Assembly (NCBI GenBank): GCA_002633005.1
Contig: NMRA01000206.1
Coordinates: 404,991-468,990 of the forward strand
Length of the DNA: 64,000 bases
Source: Phoronis australis
Lineage: Eukaryota > Animalia > Phoronida
Direction of reading: 5' to 3'
In this document: piece by piece, positions 45,907-60,100 of the stretch
How the letters are laid out: the number at the start of each line of letters is the position of its first letter
How positions within the stretch are numbered: position 1 is the first letter of the stretch
The notes under the pieces: model-generated
Seen by the model: only the letters and a program-made list of their open reading frames with translations
Database searches by the model: none
Told to the model about the DNA's origin: nothing
Made by a program: the position numbers and the translations under genes

Positions 45907-48900
45907 AGCATCTGTGAATTTCCAATAACCCCAAACCAAACCAGTTTTTGCTCTGCAAAATTTTAGGAGCACAAATTGATAACTTACCAAAATTGGAAAT
46001 TACAACAATATGTTTGTTAAGAAATGTTGTTACACGTGACCAGAGCAATGCCAGATAGTTATGCTTGTATTAAGAGTTATGAAAGTTTCAGTGCACAGAT
46101 TCAGTTTCTGACAACTTGTCAATAAATCAGACACCAAACAAAGAGATAGTTATGTAAATCTCCAGTATAGTCTCAAAAATGTTGATATTCAATATTTAAA
46201 ACACAGACAGTATATCATTAATCACAGAAGCTCATCACCAGTTTGGGTTAACACCCACCTTTGGATAACGCTAATTCACAAATCTTAAGAAATTTCAGTT
46301 TGAAGAGACCATGTCCTGCTTCGATTGGTTTAATGGCTCTCCCTGGACTTTCAATTTCACTATTCAAATGCCACTGTAGTGACACAAATCAGAACAGTAC
46401 ACTGTAAAACAACTTCCAACTTCAACACTGTGCAAACTTGCAAATTCAATTTTGTTTTCTTCAAAAAATAGCGGCCCAGCAATTGACACTGACACAGATT
46501 TGTAGAAAAGTCAAGGTATAAAGGTGAAGGGCAAGTAATCTGATTATGCACCCAGGTGTGTGTTATCAATCTGGTCACCTGAGTTTCTCATCAATAGTGC
46601 TTGTATTTCAGCGCCTCAGCTAAATGGACTGCGTGCCTTCTCTCATGGCCTCACGATCCCCCATCAGGCACCGATAACACAGGTAAAAAATGTGGCTCCT
46701 TGGACAAGCAGAAAAACAAAACTAGGCAAAGAAATTTCACAGATGTTGTGTAATGTCACCAGCAAATATCACCTGGCAACAAGATAACAGAAGAATTAGT
46801 GGAACGGCTAGTTTCTGCCTTGACTTGAGTCTGAGTACATACAGTTAAAATATTAAAAATCAACAATACAAATTGTAAACATCTTATTGATGAAACAGGC
46901 AGATTCATAATCCGGCACACAGTATAGAAGTTTGGTCATTCCATTTGGAGGATTTCATCTACGCCACTGCTGTCGTTTAATTTTGAAATGCATTGTGGGG
47001 TTGTTGCATTGGGTTATGTAACACATAACTTGTGGATGTGTAACCTATAATTTGCATTTTAGGCGACAAAATTTGACTTTGGCGTGATCAGAAAGCACGT
47101 GCCTTGTTGACCTGAACAATCATTCAATGCATTTTGAGGCTTATTTTCAATATTTTATTTTTCTGCTTCTGTTGAACTCACACCCAAGCCTGTAGTATTG
47201 TACCCGTGCACTATTGCGTTCACGTCTCACCAAGTCACCTGTGATGTCACTGCATGTTTACAAGCCGTCAACCGCCCCACAATGCATTTGAAAAATGACC
47301 ACTGCAGCAGTGTACATGAAATCCCTCGAATGCTATTGCAAACAAAACATGTCCTGTCTTTTTTCAGGGAAATAACACCGTACCAACGACACCGATTAAA
47401 CATTGAAGTCTTTACTGCACCATGCAAACAAATATTTCATACTGGCAGACATTTACAAGCTTTTAGATAGTCATATGCAGAGATATCAAACATGTTCAGA
47501 TCAACTACATGTTAGTAAATACTTGACTAGTTCACCCTACTAGTCTTGTGGTAGACCCTGAGTGAACAAACCCACTTGTAGTGTGATAAACTTTGACGTC
47601 AGCTGAACGGGTGACGTTTGTAACGTTGGCTATGGGATCAATGATACCGTAATCACTAAAGATTGGGGTCACTAGCCGGCTAAAAAGTTACCTCGGACAC
47701 AATGATGATGGATGCAACGAACATTTCAGATGAGCATAACATTAAATCGTAGCACAGGATGTAGAAATTGGAAAATTAGGGCTGTTTGATAGTTCAACGT
47801 AGTAATGACATGTCATTATTTTAGATAAAATGAGGGGTCATAGCCTGTTTATAGACTGCATGGGTATACGCCAGGCATGTACTGATCATATCAAATGTTA
47901 CATAGCAGAGTATCATATTTTTTTAAAGTATACTAACCAATTTATTAAGACAAACACAAAAATATTATATCATAAAATTCAGCCCGCAAAACCCAGTGAG
48001 CATTATATCCGGGCTTTAGACGATGAACACACAATATTAACTAAGAAGGATAAACTGTTATCCTTATAGACAAGAATAAGAACAAAGAAAATAGTGAAGA
48101 CACTGACTTACAACACATCAATACAACAGCAGCCCTATTATAAACAAATGATGTAACAAACTGAAGGAGCATAAGAATAGTTTCTACACTGAAGTATCCT
48201 AGGATAAGACTTTATTCTAAAAAAACAAATGCAAGTTTGCATAGTCAAATCATGCCAAGTTAAAGTAACTTGATAAAACTAGGTTATCATAATCAACATC
48301 ATTTTAATGCAAGTTCAAATAAATGATAGCCCTTCAATGTCTGAAGTAGTTTTTAACTATGTACCAAAATATGCCATACTTTATCTGAAATCACAGCTTT
48401 CCAAAGTCAAGAGCAGATGACTTACTCGAGGAACTGAATTTCAAAACATGATGAAAAATGAAGTTTGCACAGATGCTGTGCAGTTATCAACTTGATTTTA
48501 AGTGGTAACCTCAACACTCATCACAAAGACGACATAGATAATAAACTTTCAAACTTCTTGGAAATGACAATTTAATCTTATGCAAACAAAGGGAAATTGG
48601 TTATCAGTTCAGTGTCCCCAGCCACCACACCCTTCAAACTGTGGCACCACATTACAGACCAATTACCCAGTCATGGCCATCTTGAAAATTTCTTCTATAA
48701 AGGAGATGACATCATTCAGTTAGACAGGAATTGGCTAAGATCCGCACCAAAACTAACCTCAAAGTGAAACCCCCAAGCACCTTTTTGAACAAAACTTGAA
48801 AGATAACAGGTTTCGAAACTAACCTAATTTCCAAAACTCAACAAGTACAGTGTGTCATCAATGTTTTTTAGTATTCCTCTGAATCCTGTGTTATCTCATT

Positions 48901-50539
48901 TAAGCAACCACAGAAATTATTATCTTACCGTCACGGTGACGTAATTTTTGCCAAAACTGACACCTTTCTGTTTTTCACAGGTTGTTTTCCCCTGCTACAA
49001 ATACTCGAAATGTGATAAAGTATATTTATGACAGCTGCTTACGACAAAAGAGAATTCCCTCAGGCATTTACTTTTTAGTGGAGATTTGACCAAGTAACCA
49101 TCAACTTTTTACCCTGTTTTACTAAACTGAACTACTACATTGCCTTTGGAACTCTTTCAAATAGGCAGGTTTAAGAAACATAAATTATTTACTTAAAAGG
49201 TAACTGTCTAGTAGTGCCAGTAATCTTGAACAAAACAATACCACCACAGTGTCAAAATATATATACATTAGTCCTGGGTCTAACCACATAATTAACCTGG
49301 AATCACTAATTGGACTCAAACAAGTCAGAATTTATGGCCAAGTGAACATGCCATCAGTGATGACATTTCCCCCTGTACAGAACACAATAGGTGTAGACGT
49401 CCAACAGGGGGCGTCAACATCAAGATTATCCACCTCAGCAGAAATTATTCAGTGTCATTTGAAAATTATTTAAACATCAACTGCTAGCAACAAATTGTTA
49501 ACTGCAACTTGTCGCAAAGACACCAAGCCAAGACTTCTGACTGTTTACTCTATTGCTTGGGCCAGTTCAGCTGTCCTGCCTATAGCTAGTAATTGAACAG
49601 CAACGAATCGTGACACTCCCAATTTGAAAAATTAAACTTACATTTATCAATAAAGCTATTAAAAATATACAACTAATTGATGAAACTGGTGGAAAAAAGA
49701 ATTTAATAAATTGCTTGTATTGACTTTTAATGTTCTTCTCCCAAACTTGACCCTGCGAAGGACAGACACGACCATCCCTTTTCCCAGACAACAAAACATG
49801 TTTACATTTGTCATATGGAACCATACACAAGGCTGTAATTTTGGAAAAGTTAAATCACCTGTTAATGACCTTCGCCCCGGTCATTACTGCAGGTTAATGT
49901 TGACCGTTGGTCAATGGCAAAGTGACCAAACATGAGTTTAACCCCCTGGCAATGTCTGTTTACGTCTTTAATGGAAAAAGGACAAATTGTCTAAATTTCA
50001 TTGTACCCACTGGCAGTTAATACCGATGACGTTTGTTTGCTTGACCAGAAAGCAAAACTTCAGGGAATAGCAAAAATACTCTCTGAAAACAAGCTTAATA
50101 TTGGCTTAGATGATGTTCACTGAACTAAACTGCAAAACTTTACACACATGGATAATTAGTTTTGATGTCAAAATCGATGGATTTTTAGTGTACTCGTGTT
50201 TACAGCTTGGTTACAATTGTTTAGCATTGTAGGAATGTCTATATTAATCATAGTTTTGTAATAATGTACTGTGTTGTATCATAACATATAGCTAACAGAT
50301 TTCAGCGAGTCAGCAAGCCAGCCAATCAAAGACTTCTACTCTAAGATTCTTTATCCAAACTTCATGTAATCTACAATATTAAATGGTTCAGTGGAGGAAA
50401 CTAGTCAAAATGCTTGACAGGTTGTAAATGACTTCCATGTTTACCAAATTGTCATTACCTACAGAAAGGTAATCATCCTTTGAAAACAGAAAAAATGACA
50501 ATTTAGAATGTTATTTCTGTACAAAATAGTGAAGAATTA

Positions 50540-50799
50540 CATGGGGGACTTGGGAGGCTCGAATGAGCCCCCCAATTTTACGAATTGGGCAGAAAGGTCC
50601 GCCTCATTGAAACAAAAAATCCGAGTAAACGAGACAAAAGTCCACAAAAACCATAGGAAGTCGGTGGATGCACGACTCGTGGGCCTGAACCTAGTCGCCC
50701 CGTTTTTTGTTTTTAGTCCTCGTTGATTTCTTTCAGTAAAAGGTCTGCATAACGAAAACTTCCGAGCCCCCCCTATATTTTGGGCTGGGTGCGCGCATG
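50540..50799. mobile_element. hAT-like MITE relic
   Basis: CATG...CATG termini with GC-rich subterminal regions (gagccccc and aaaggtc repeated); 8-bp flanks aagaatta / aattatta match at 6 of 8. Confidence 0.5.
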
Positions 50800-51934
50800 A
50801 ATTATTACTTTGTCAAGCACTTACTCTGGCTGTTCTACAGAATATGGATGAGACAATATTTCACAAGAAAAAACACAACAGGTTTAATCAGAGGTAAGCG
50901 GAAGTCTTCATTATGCCGCTGTTACAAAAACTCTATTTGTCGTCATTTTTTCATTTCACAGGTCATAACAATGACAACACATAATGACTTTCTAAAACTG
51001 CTCTGAAGTGCTGGCATGTTACAACTATTATTAAAATCTCTTCCCCGGACAATATATAATCAAAAAATCATATCATGATGAGTGTACCACATATCTGTGC
51101 TTGTTCTTCTAAGATAATGCAGGAATACCTGATGATGGCCGGAGAATAAAGAGACCGAAACATCGTGACAATGTAATTTTCATAATAGTTGTGACAACCC
51201 ATAAGTAGAGGTACATTCTTGGTGACAATTCTACAGAATGGAACCCTAAGCTACGCAATAGCAACCTGATCTCAAGCAGTACGTAACATAGTGTACACTC
51301 TTTCACCGTGTTGGAATGTTGTTTATCATGGCTTCTCATTGGTTAAAGTAATGAAATCGACGTCATAACATTCAGTCATTCACATTGGTTGAAATCTGGG
51401 AAACCCCTTTCATTAACCGTTATGAAGAATGGCGACCACCTTTGACTTGTGTAGTTGCAATTTATCAAAGCGGGCAGTGATCGAAGTAAACAAAATCAAG
51501 GGAACCCTGATCCCGTGGCTAAGCCCAAACAAGTAGTGCATAGGTGTGTGCAAGTGGTCGGTGGCGATGTGATCGATAAACTTCCGACCAAACCTTGTTT
51601 CCACAAGGCCGCTTTTCAGTATAGGTGGCGCTGTATCAGAGAGTATAACATAGTTACAAACACTGAAATCATCTCCAATTTGACTAGGGAACAACATGAC
51701 ACCAATCTCATAATGAAAGTGATCTGATTCAAAGGAAGGCCGGTTTCTAGCCACATAAAATATGACTTCTTCATCAACACCAACTGAAAAACATAATACT
51801 CCCAATACCTACCTAAAGAGCAACCAGCATGACACGAATTCAGTTACAGGACAAAAAGAAACATCAAAAAGTCTCGGCAGATGCACAAACGTGTCTACTC
51901 TAACCTCTTCTTTAGATGAAAGACAACAATGCGC

Positions 51935-52480
51935 ACTCATGCCCATGATGCAGTGGGTAAAGCGGTCATGTGGGTTGGGTTCAATAGATCAGAGTGTTGC
52001 CCATTACCTCTAGGTGAGTGAACAAGAATGGGACGACCCTAGGATACAGGTGTAATGCCTGGTTGGCTGTGAGAGGATGGGTAATGTTACAAAGTGTCAA
52101 TGTGATAAACACGTTTTATATTGGTACAAGTGTTGATGGATGGCATTTGTACAGGGAGACTAGTGCATAACACAAACGTTTTGTGATGTTGAGTGCTCGC
52201 AAGTTATTCACTGTATGCAAGTCTAGTGATTGTATTCTGCGACATATGTCAATCAGGACGGGTTAAAGATGAAGTTCTTTTCTATTTTTTATTTTACTGT
52301 CATTTATATGAAAATATTAAATTGATTTGCTATGCTACTGTCAATTGTATTTCTGATGTATCCATGTAGTATTCAGTGACATAAATTAATTCTTGTGTTA
52401 TTTAAAGATTGTAATCTTTACATAGGATGTGTGCCTTAAGGGACACTACTCTAAATACATATTCATTCACTCATTCATTG
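51935..52480 (+). mobile_element. Possible decayed SINE with (TTCA)n tail
   Basis: A/B-box-like tgcagtgggtaaagcg...gggttcaat at the start and attcattcactcattcatt at the end; boundaries approximate. Confidence 0.35.
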
Positions 52481-52917
52481 TTATGTATTAAAACATGCTT
52501 CAACCTGAAACTACATCATAAATACCCCAAAGATTGAATATTTGATTTTTAAAACGATTTATTTACACAATGTTGTAACAACAAATAACAACAACCATTT
52601 CATACAAATAAAACACAAATAAACTTTGCGTAACTCAGGGCGAAACATACGAATATGGCAGGGTAAGAGAAAGCTTTATGTTGAGGACATGCCATGTGTA
52701 AATGAAATAACGTCACACGGTTGCCTTGACGATCTTGACCGAGCCTATAAAGATGAAGAACTCAGTCCCCACAAACAGCATAAGATGCATGAATGCATTA
52801 CAACTGATATGCTGTCCAACAATGCAGCTTCACATTCAATGACTGCCCACACACTCCATTGCAGTTTTTTTGTGATGTAACACAAGATCTCATGCAATTT
52901 AGAATTTGAGGACTATA

Positions 52918-53161
52918 CCGTAAAATACCTCCAAGTAAGGGCACAATATGTCCGACAGCTGAAATTTTGTTACGTTATGTTATTCATATAAGATATTAGC
53001 AACAAATTAATGTTTTACCATGTTAAGTTTTGTATTATATCTACCATCACACAAGATATTGATAACTTCTGGGCACTCACAACAATGTACTAAGAAGACA
53101 CTGAAAAATGAAAACCAGGAACTTTGGCAATTTTTTGTTCGAAATTTGCGAGATTTTACCG
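52918..53161. mobile_element. Possible Tc1/mariner-type MITE relic
   Basis: ta-ccgtaaaat ... attttaccg-ta: short imperfect TIR with TA flanks. Confidence 0.35.
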
Positions 53162-54120
53162 TATGAATAACTTTAACGCTGTCCGAAATCCAAGTAGGAC
53201 TTTAGCTCATTAAGTTGACGTAGGAAAATAAAATGTTATAATATAGTTAACTTCGGGGCGTTGTTAAATCTCAGAAATGGCCGATCAGATTCATGTGAAA
53301 CATTCACATACTATGCTTGGTGCGCTATTCCTCAAGTCACTTTTAGGAATTGTTTTGGAAATCTTCCACTTTTGTATGAGGGGCTATCAAAAATTGGACT
53401 TAAAGGATTTTCATGAAAAGAAATAATTTAGAAAACTGTAACGGTTTTGAGATTATATCTCGAACAATTACATTAAATGAAATTCGGCCGTGTTAATGAT
53501 ACCAATATATCAAGTCGCTCGTTTGCTAAATTTTAGAAAAAAGACATGGTCACATAATCCAATGAATGTCAGACTGGAAAAAAAGATGAATATCAAATTC
53601 TAAAAGCTTTCTACTTTAAGGACATTTTTGCTGTTACAGGACTAAAACCTGACCTTAAATTACAGTGAAATAACTGCACAATTAGGGTATTTTGAAAAAT
53701 GTCCCACATTTACTTTGGCCCACTTACTTAAACAGAAGCTATTTTTTATGTTTGAGCCAGTATCTTACTCGGTGAAACTAAGTACCTGTAACTCATTGTT
53801 CATGAACCATACCGATGCTGTAGTTTTAAGGTTTCTCTGAGTCCCGAAAATCCGCATGACGTAACATGGTGAATTCCTTTTCCCGGTTTACAAATGTCAT
53901 CTTATTCCCTGGACTTATTTGTCACCGGAAGTTCCTCTCTCGACCCGTGTTTGGAGTAATAGACCAGTCAAGTATGTTGTGCATTGACTCGCATGTTACG
54001 CCATTTATTACGTGACAAATTAAACACAATCTATCATCTCCCAAATACTTGATCCATTGTGTCCAAGAGTAGGTGTGTTTGGTTGTCTGTGTGCACAAAT
54101 ACGTACCTGTATACATTAAA

Positions 54121-54135
54121 CATACACACATACAA

Positions 54136-54188
<53 letters not shown>
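54121..54188. repeat. (CA)n microsatellite
   Basis: Long pure CA run with an imperfect left part. Confidence 0.98.
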
Positions 54189-54189
<1 letters not shown>

Positions 54190-57100
54190 TGTGTACTTAC
54201 AACAACTAGGTGAAGTATTTAAACTGACCGACAGCTTTCTTGTCTAAAGGATTTTGGCGGACAAATTTCTTGTCTAAAGGATTCAGCTAACTGAAAAAGT
54301 AAACATTGAAAATAAAAAAATCATGAAAATCTAATCTTTCTTATGTTCGAGATCTTATCAAGTGCAACATGATGATTGATAACCAATGATGTTGCCATAG
54401 CGATGAGTATCAGAAACTGAAAAGTAGTCAGATAGGATAATGATAACGTCAACTTTAAAATAATTAATTTTTATGGTACTTTCGTTTTCACAAACAACAT
54501 TTCAGCAATATGGACTGGAACAGAAAACATGAAAGTGTGATTCATGATCACATTAAAGCTGCAATCAACCCGTCTTCAGTCAAAAAATAAGTGTTTAGTT
54601 AGGCCATTTACTTTTAGAGCAAAATCTCACAACTTTCGGACAAAAAATACAAAAATTTAACTTTCTTACATTTTCCAAAAGCTTTTTACATCATTGTCAA
54701 TGCCAATAACCTAACCCAAGATCTTGTCTGGTTCCAATCAGAAGAAAAAAAAATTAAAATACTGGTAAAACATTAACTTGGTGAATACTTTCTTTTATGA
54801 AAAATTGGGAAGATAACATTTTCACCATGCCACCATGTTATGTCCTAAATTGCTGATATTTCACTGTATATAACAGGCCTCAACTTGCTCTTTGCTCAGA
54901 TTAGAATTTCACGTTAGAAAGAACATTTTATTAGTTTCAAAACTTGACTTCCAAGAAGAAACGGCTCAACACAGCTGGTCATGTTCTTAGCATGAACTCG
55001 AGCTAAGAGGAACTGTCAGTACTTCCAAAGCCCAGAAATCTTATCTAAACTAAGAAAAGAACAAACTGAGATTGGGTACCGCAGATAGACTAAAATCAAG
55101 TTAGCTTTGTTGACTGAAAGCAAAATTTATGGCACCTTTAAACGAAAACGATTTCCAGTTTTCAAATCTATCTACTGAGGAACCAAGTTATTTTGGTTTC
55201 TAAACTTTACTTTCGGGTTTCTTTTCCACTTTCAGAGTACAGCCTTATCTATCACCAATAAAAAAATTCACTGATAATTCAAAAAAGCTGATATAAATAC
55301 ATAACCTGAAACCAAATGATAAGGTGATTCAACAGTTTATCTCAGGTGCATGACGATTGAGTGCAAATGAACGGTGTGACAATATACCCCACCTTTTCAA
55401 GGTAGAGCAATTTGCACCTCATCAACTTGTTCTGGTACAAATGACAATGCGGACAGAGGCAGCGTCAATGAGGAAGCAATTAACATTGACACCTTTGTGC
55501 ATTACAGTTTGTATGGACACTTTCCTACAGCCATTATGCAACGTTACACATGTGCGGTTCACCACCTGCTGAAGATACGTCACATGGAGAAGACCAGCTG
55601 ATTCCGGAAAAGTCGATAAGACATGGATTTACACTTTTGATAAAATTCCATGAGATAAAATTTTTATTCAATGTAGCTCAGTCATGGTTACTTTTGCATG
55701 GTCCCAGTTTCACACGTTTGTTTACACTACCTATAGATGTCGTTTATTTACACTACCTATAGATGTTTATTCACTTGTCTTATTATTCTTCATTACACAT
55801 TACTTCTTATAACGTAATTTAAGATTCTAATTTAATACTATCTTACCCGAAGTACCACTTTTAGCTCCTTAGTCTAGAGCTATGACAAACTTTTAAATGT
55901 ATAATAATAACAACAACATTTCTGTTTGAACAGTGTAGACCCAGAATAATGGCCAGAGAAAGTTAGCACACCATTGTTCAACAAAGAATGGAATAAAAAC
56001 AAGACGATGAAATTCATACAGTGATAACATCAGCAGATTATTCCTAGACATACCTGACACAGCAGGTGGTTGTTGCTATATGAAGATTACTACAAATCTA
56101 TTTGTTGTGTCATGTCTAGCAGATCCAAGGCAGAAAAAAACTGACTGAAAAGCAAACAGGTGCTTCAACTGGTCTTAACATACCTTTGAAGGGCTGTGGA
56201 ATGCAGGTGCTAAATAGTGTACTCAAGAATCACAGATTAAACTATTCTTAAGGAGCTGACAGACGACTGTTTGCTGATAGGTATTGGGTTATACAACGGA
56301 GGTGTCATATTTTTGAAAGAAAAACGTCACATGGTGGACAGATAAGTTCTTAATAAAACCACCACTGATTTGTAATCTTGTTAGAGGAAAAAAGACAAAA
56401 ACCACCACGGAAATATGGTCTACCCAGAAGTTTGTTTTGGAGCTATAACCGTTGTGAATGCGTCAGAGCATCACTGATTGGTCAGATTCAGCTCCACTGA
56501 TGACACTGACTAAAACTGCCAAGTAGCTATGTAATAACAATTGCGCTGCTATTGACTTTTTGGGAAGCACTACAGCTGAGTCAAAATCCATGTACACACA
56601 TTTGTGAGTGTGTAATGCAAATCTTTCTTTATCACTTGATTGAATTTAAAGGAAGATCTCATCTCCACTTATCAAACAGTAGCATCTATTGTGAAGTCGA
56701 ATCTGCACATGATTGAGCACAAGAAATGGGTGCCTTTCAGAATCTCAGGTGTTGATGTGACAGTGTCTTTATTAATAGACCCCTGCACACCCCAACCCAG
56801 CATGATATGTCTGCATGGACTCCCAACCATCACTGTTCATCAGGTCTGCATACTATTTCAATTACAAACTCCACTTCAAGTGACTTAAGCAGCTAATTAG
56901 TGGTAATGTTTCAATCCTAACTGAAATGATGGGAAACAGGTCTGTCTGTGGATCCAATGATAGAGTGGCCCATGTCAACGTCCTGGACATAAACAAGGGA
57001 GATAACATGTTTGACAAGGTCAAGAAATGAGTTGCAGCAAAATCATTAGGGCACAATACCATGTACAAGTGAAAGTTTATTTTTTCATTTTTTAAAATTC

Positions 57101-60100
57101 AATATTAGAATTTAGAAGCATCAAACAAGTGCTTCACTATTTTGAAGTTCTATACCATATCTGCTGCCAGACAATGTCTTGAGATATTGTGGGACTTCAC
57201 AACATCAACAACTCTGGAAGAAGAGTATTTTTTAAATTATTTTCTGTACAAAATTGGCAAGACATTACAATACATCCATGCAACCATATCAATAGAGTAA
57301 AATGGCAAGGTCAGGAACTGAGACAATGAGCAAAAATATCTTGGTTGACTTGTTTTTAAGAATAAAGATGATTTCCCTTTATTAAGGAGAGCTCCAGTTT
57401 TCCAAAGCTTCACTCAAACTTCGTTAAGCTTTCCAACTAGACAGCGATATTGAAGTTATTGCTAAGATACCAAACAAATATTGCATGGTGGGTTCGAGGC
57501 TAACTCAAAATTGTTCTCCTGCCATTTACAAGTGTTTATGAAGATGATCAATGTCATCATAGATTCTTCATCAGATATACTTTCTTTTATTTATTTATGT
57601 GCGCATCGGCTACGCTACAGTAACAAAGAACACGTACCTTTTACGAGTTTCGCATGACTGTATAGAGTTGCCGCGACCTCTACCAATAACTTCGACGAAG
57701 CTTCCGACCTTTCCCACTACACCGTAGTTTTGGTGAGCACCGAAGCTTTGCTTTTAAATCCTAATTTTAGTTTCGCTTTCAGATTAACTGCCGGAGTTAA
57801 CCTTTCCCACTTATTGAAACTTCGGTAAAAGCAGTTTCACTTCTAATGGGACTTTAGAAAACCAAACTTAAATGTGTGAACTATGACCTTTTTCATGTGT
57901 ATAGCACATATGGCAACAACAGGTACATTCCACCATTACTTAAGAGAAAAGGTGACCAAAAGTCGTGGCTTAACTTTTTTGTGTAATTACGACTAGTTTT
58001 AAGGTCTGTTAGACTGACTAGACTGTTCTTAGACAGAGGCTCTACAATTTGTGCGTTGTCCTTCTCGACAGATGAAAATGGGAACCCTTTTGTTTAGAAA
58101 CTAATAGATGTGCAGGGACGAAGCCACAGTACTGACAAGAGTTCACATTCGTTCGATAGGTACCCACATAGGTATAAATCACTTTTCTACTGGGAACCAG
58201 CTCAGGTTCCTTCAACAAATGGCCAAGTAGTTCACTGATATCAACGGATGATGTTTAAAAATTTTGCCCTTATCATTTCTACCGCTTGATATTTTAATCT
58301 CTGAAGTTTCATGTTGTTTTGTAAAATGTCACCGAAATTTTTAGTTGAGTAGCACAATAACCTTCTGAATAAAACCTTGATGAAGATAGCAATGAAGGTG
58401 ATGACAATGATGTCACAGAACTGATGGCAGGAGGTGGTCAAGAACAATGAAGGGACAGGTCTACAAGAGGTCGGTGAAAGGTCCCTAACCCTGGACTAAG
58501 TATGCAAAGAATGTCCAACTTTTAAAAGCACAGCCCACGACACCTTTTTCACTGTTAAACCCACAACACTAGCTGTCCACTTAGGCATTCATGGTGTCTC
58601 ACTAACAGGTTATAATTAGAGGGGTGTCAGCCAGGGGGCAGTGCACAAGTACCAATTAATGGCCAGTGAAGTGTCTTGGACAATAAATTGAAATGTACCA
58701 GGCCAGGAGGCCTGGTACATGGCCTGAATAAAAAGTCAGGGATTGTGCAAGAGGTGACAACTGGTTGCAAAAGTGATGGCTATGATACTACCATTCCACA
58801 CAGAGTAGCATGAACCTGAAGCCTGAGTGCCTTCTGAGAATTTTTTGGTTGAGCGGACAGTTACTCCCCACTCCCCGGCGCCACCAATTACAACATCCCT
58901 CAAGTAGCCAAAACTTATAGTAAGGTTCTGCAGTAGTGATTCTAATCTTGATGAAATTTTTAATCACTGGAAGTAAATTCTTGGGTCTGGTGAGTGAAAC
59001 TGCGTGCGATTTCTAAGAATCTTTTTTAGAGAAATGGGTCGTTTTTGTTTCCAAAATTGAGACATCAAGGGATCTGCATTTTCAAGTGTACTTTGTTTAC
59101 TTCTCATTAAAGCTTTACTGTTGTGTCTAAAACAAATATAGTACTTTTGAAAAAAGAAGAAATCCATTAACTACTGTACTATAAAATAATTATAGTAATA
59201 CATAATCCACGACGGAAATTTTTCTGTAATTTACTGAAGCCAGAGTCACCTCAAGTAAGTGAACAAAAATCTGACAAATGGTTTGGTATTCAATAATTGT
59301 TACAAATTTCAGCAGTCAACATAACCCACTGTGATACATGTATTCGACCAGAGAGCTACGTGTCTAATGCAACTGAGCTCAGGTCAGCTCAGCTCAACTC
59401 ATGTCTGTGGCAAAATGAACTCTGAAGATTTCGCCCTGTGAGGAAATAACCATTTGCTGCAGGTACGCTGATTACCATGAACAGAACTCACACGTCAGTG
59501 AGCATTTTGCCTCGTTGTGTGCGGGGTGACAATGAAGTGAGTAAAATTTCACTAAAGGCAGATATCTGTTCAGCTTGTAGCACTCTGTCTGCGGTGGCCT
59601 TAAGGCTTAACAGGAGTGATCAGCGAAGAACACTGATGAAAATGAAAGAAATAGTAGAGCAAAAACATTTTAATTAAAAAAACGAGACATGAACGTAATG
59701 TCAATTGGAGTGAAGTGACATGCATTTTTCAACATTCAACACAAAAGTTATTGAGAGCAAAACTATTATTGATGTGTTGATTTAGTTTACATGTAGCCAA
59801 ATGAAAGAACGGATACACCACAAGCCAAAAGTATTATTTCAAATAAAATGACCCAGAATTTTGCGTCAAATTCATTTTCAGAGTGGCCTTACCTTACCAC
59901 CAACATTGAACGAGAATTAGGTGAAAAGTTAGTAAGGGAGATGAGCAATTCTGTAATTAATTTCGCGCCATGACAGTCATTATCAACTACTTCTGCAGTT
60001 AACAGAATATGTTACCATAACAACCAATGAAAATCACGCTTGTGTTTTCAATGAGTTGTTGACTGTGAGAAAAGCTGTTGCCATACTATAGTAACATTCC

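Noticed and set aside
53922-54247. ORFs with CV and HT dipeptide runs
   Set aside because: Translations of the (CA)n microsatellite
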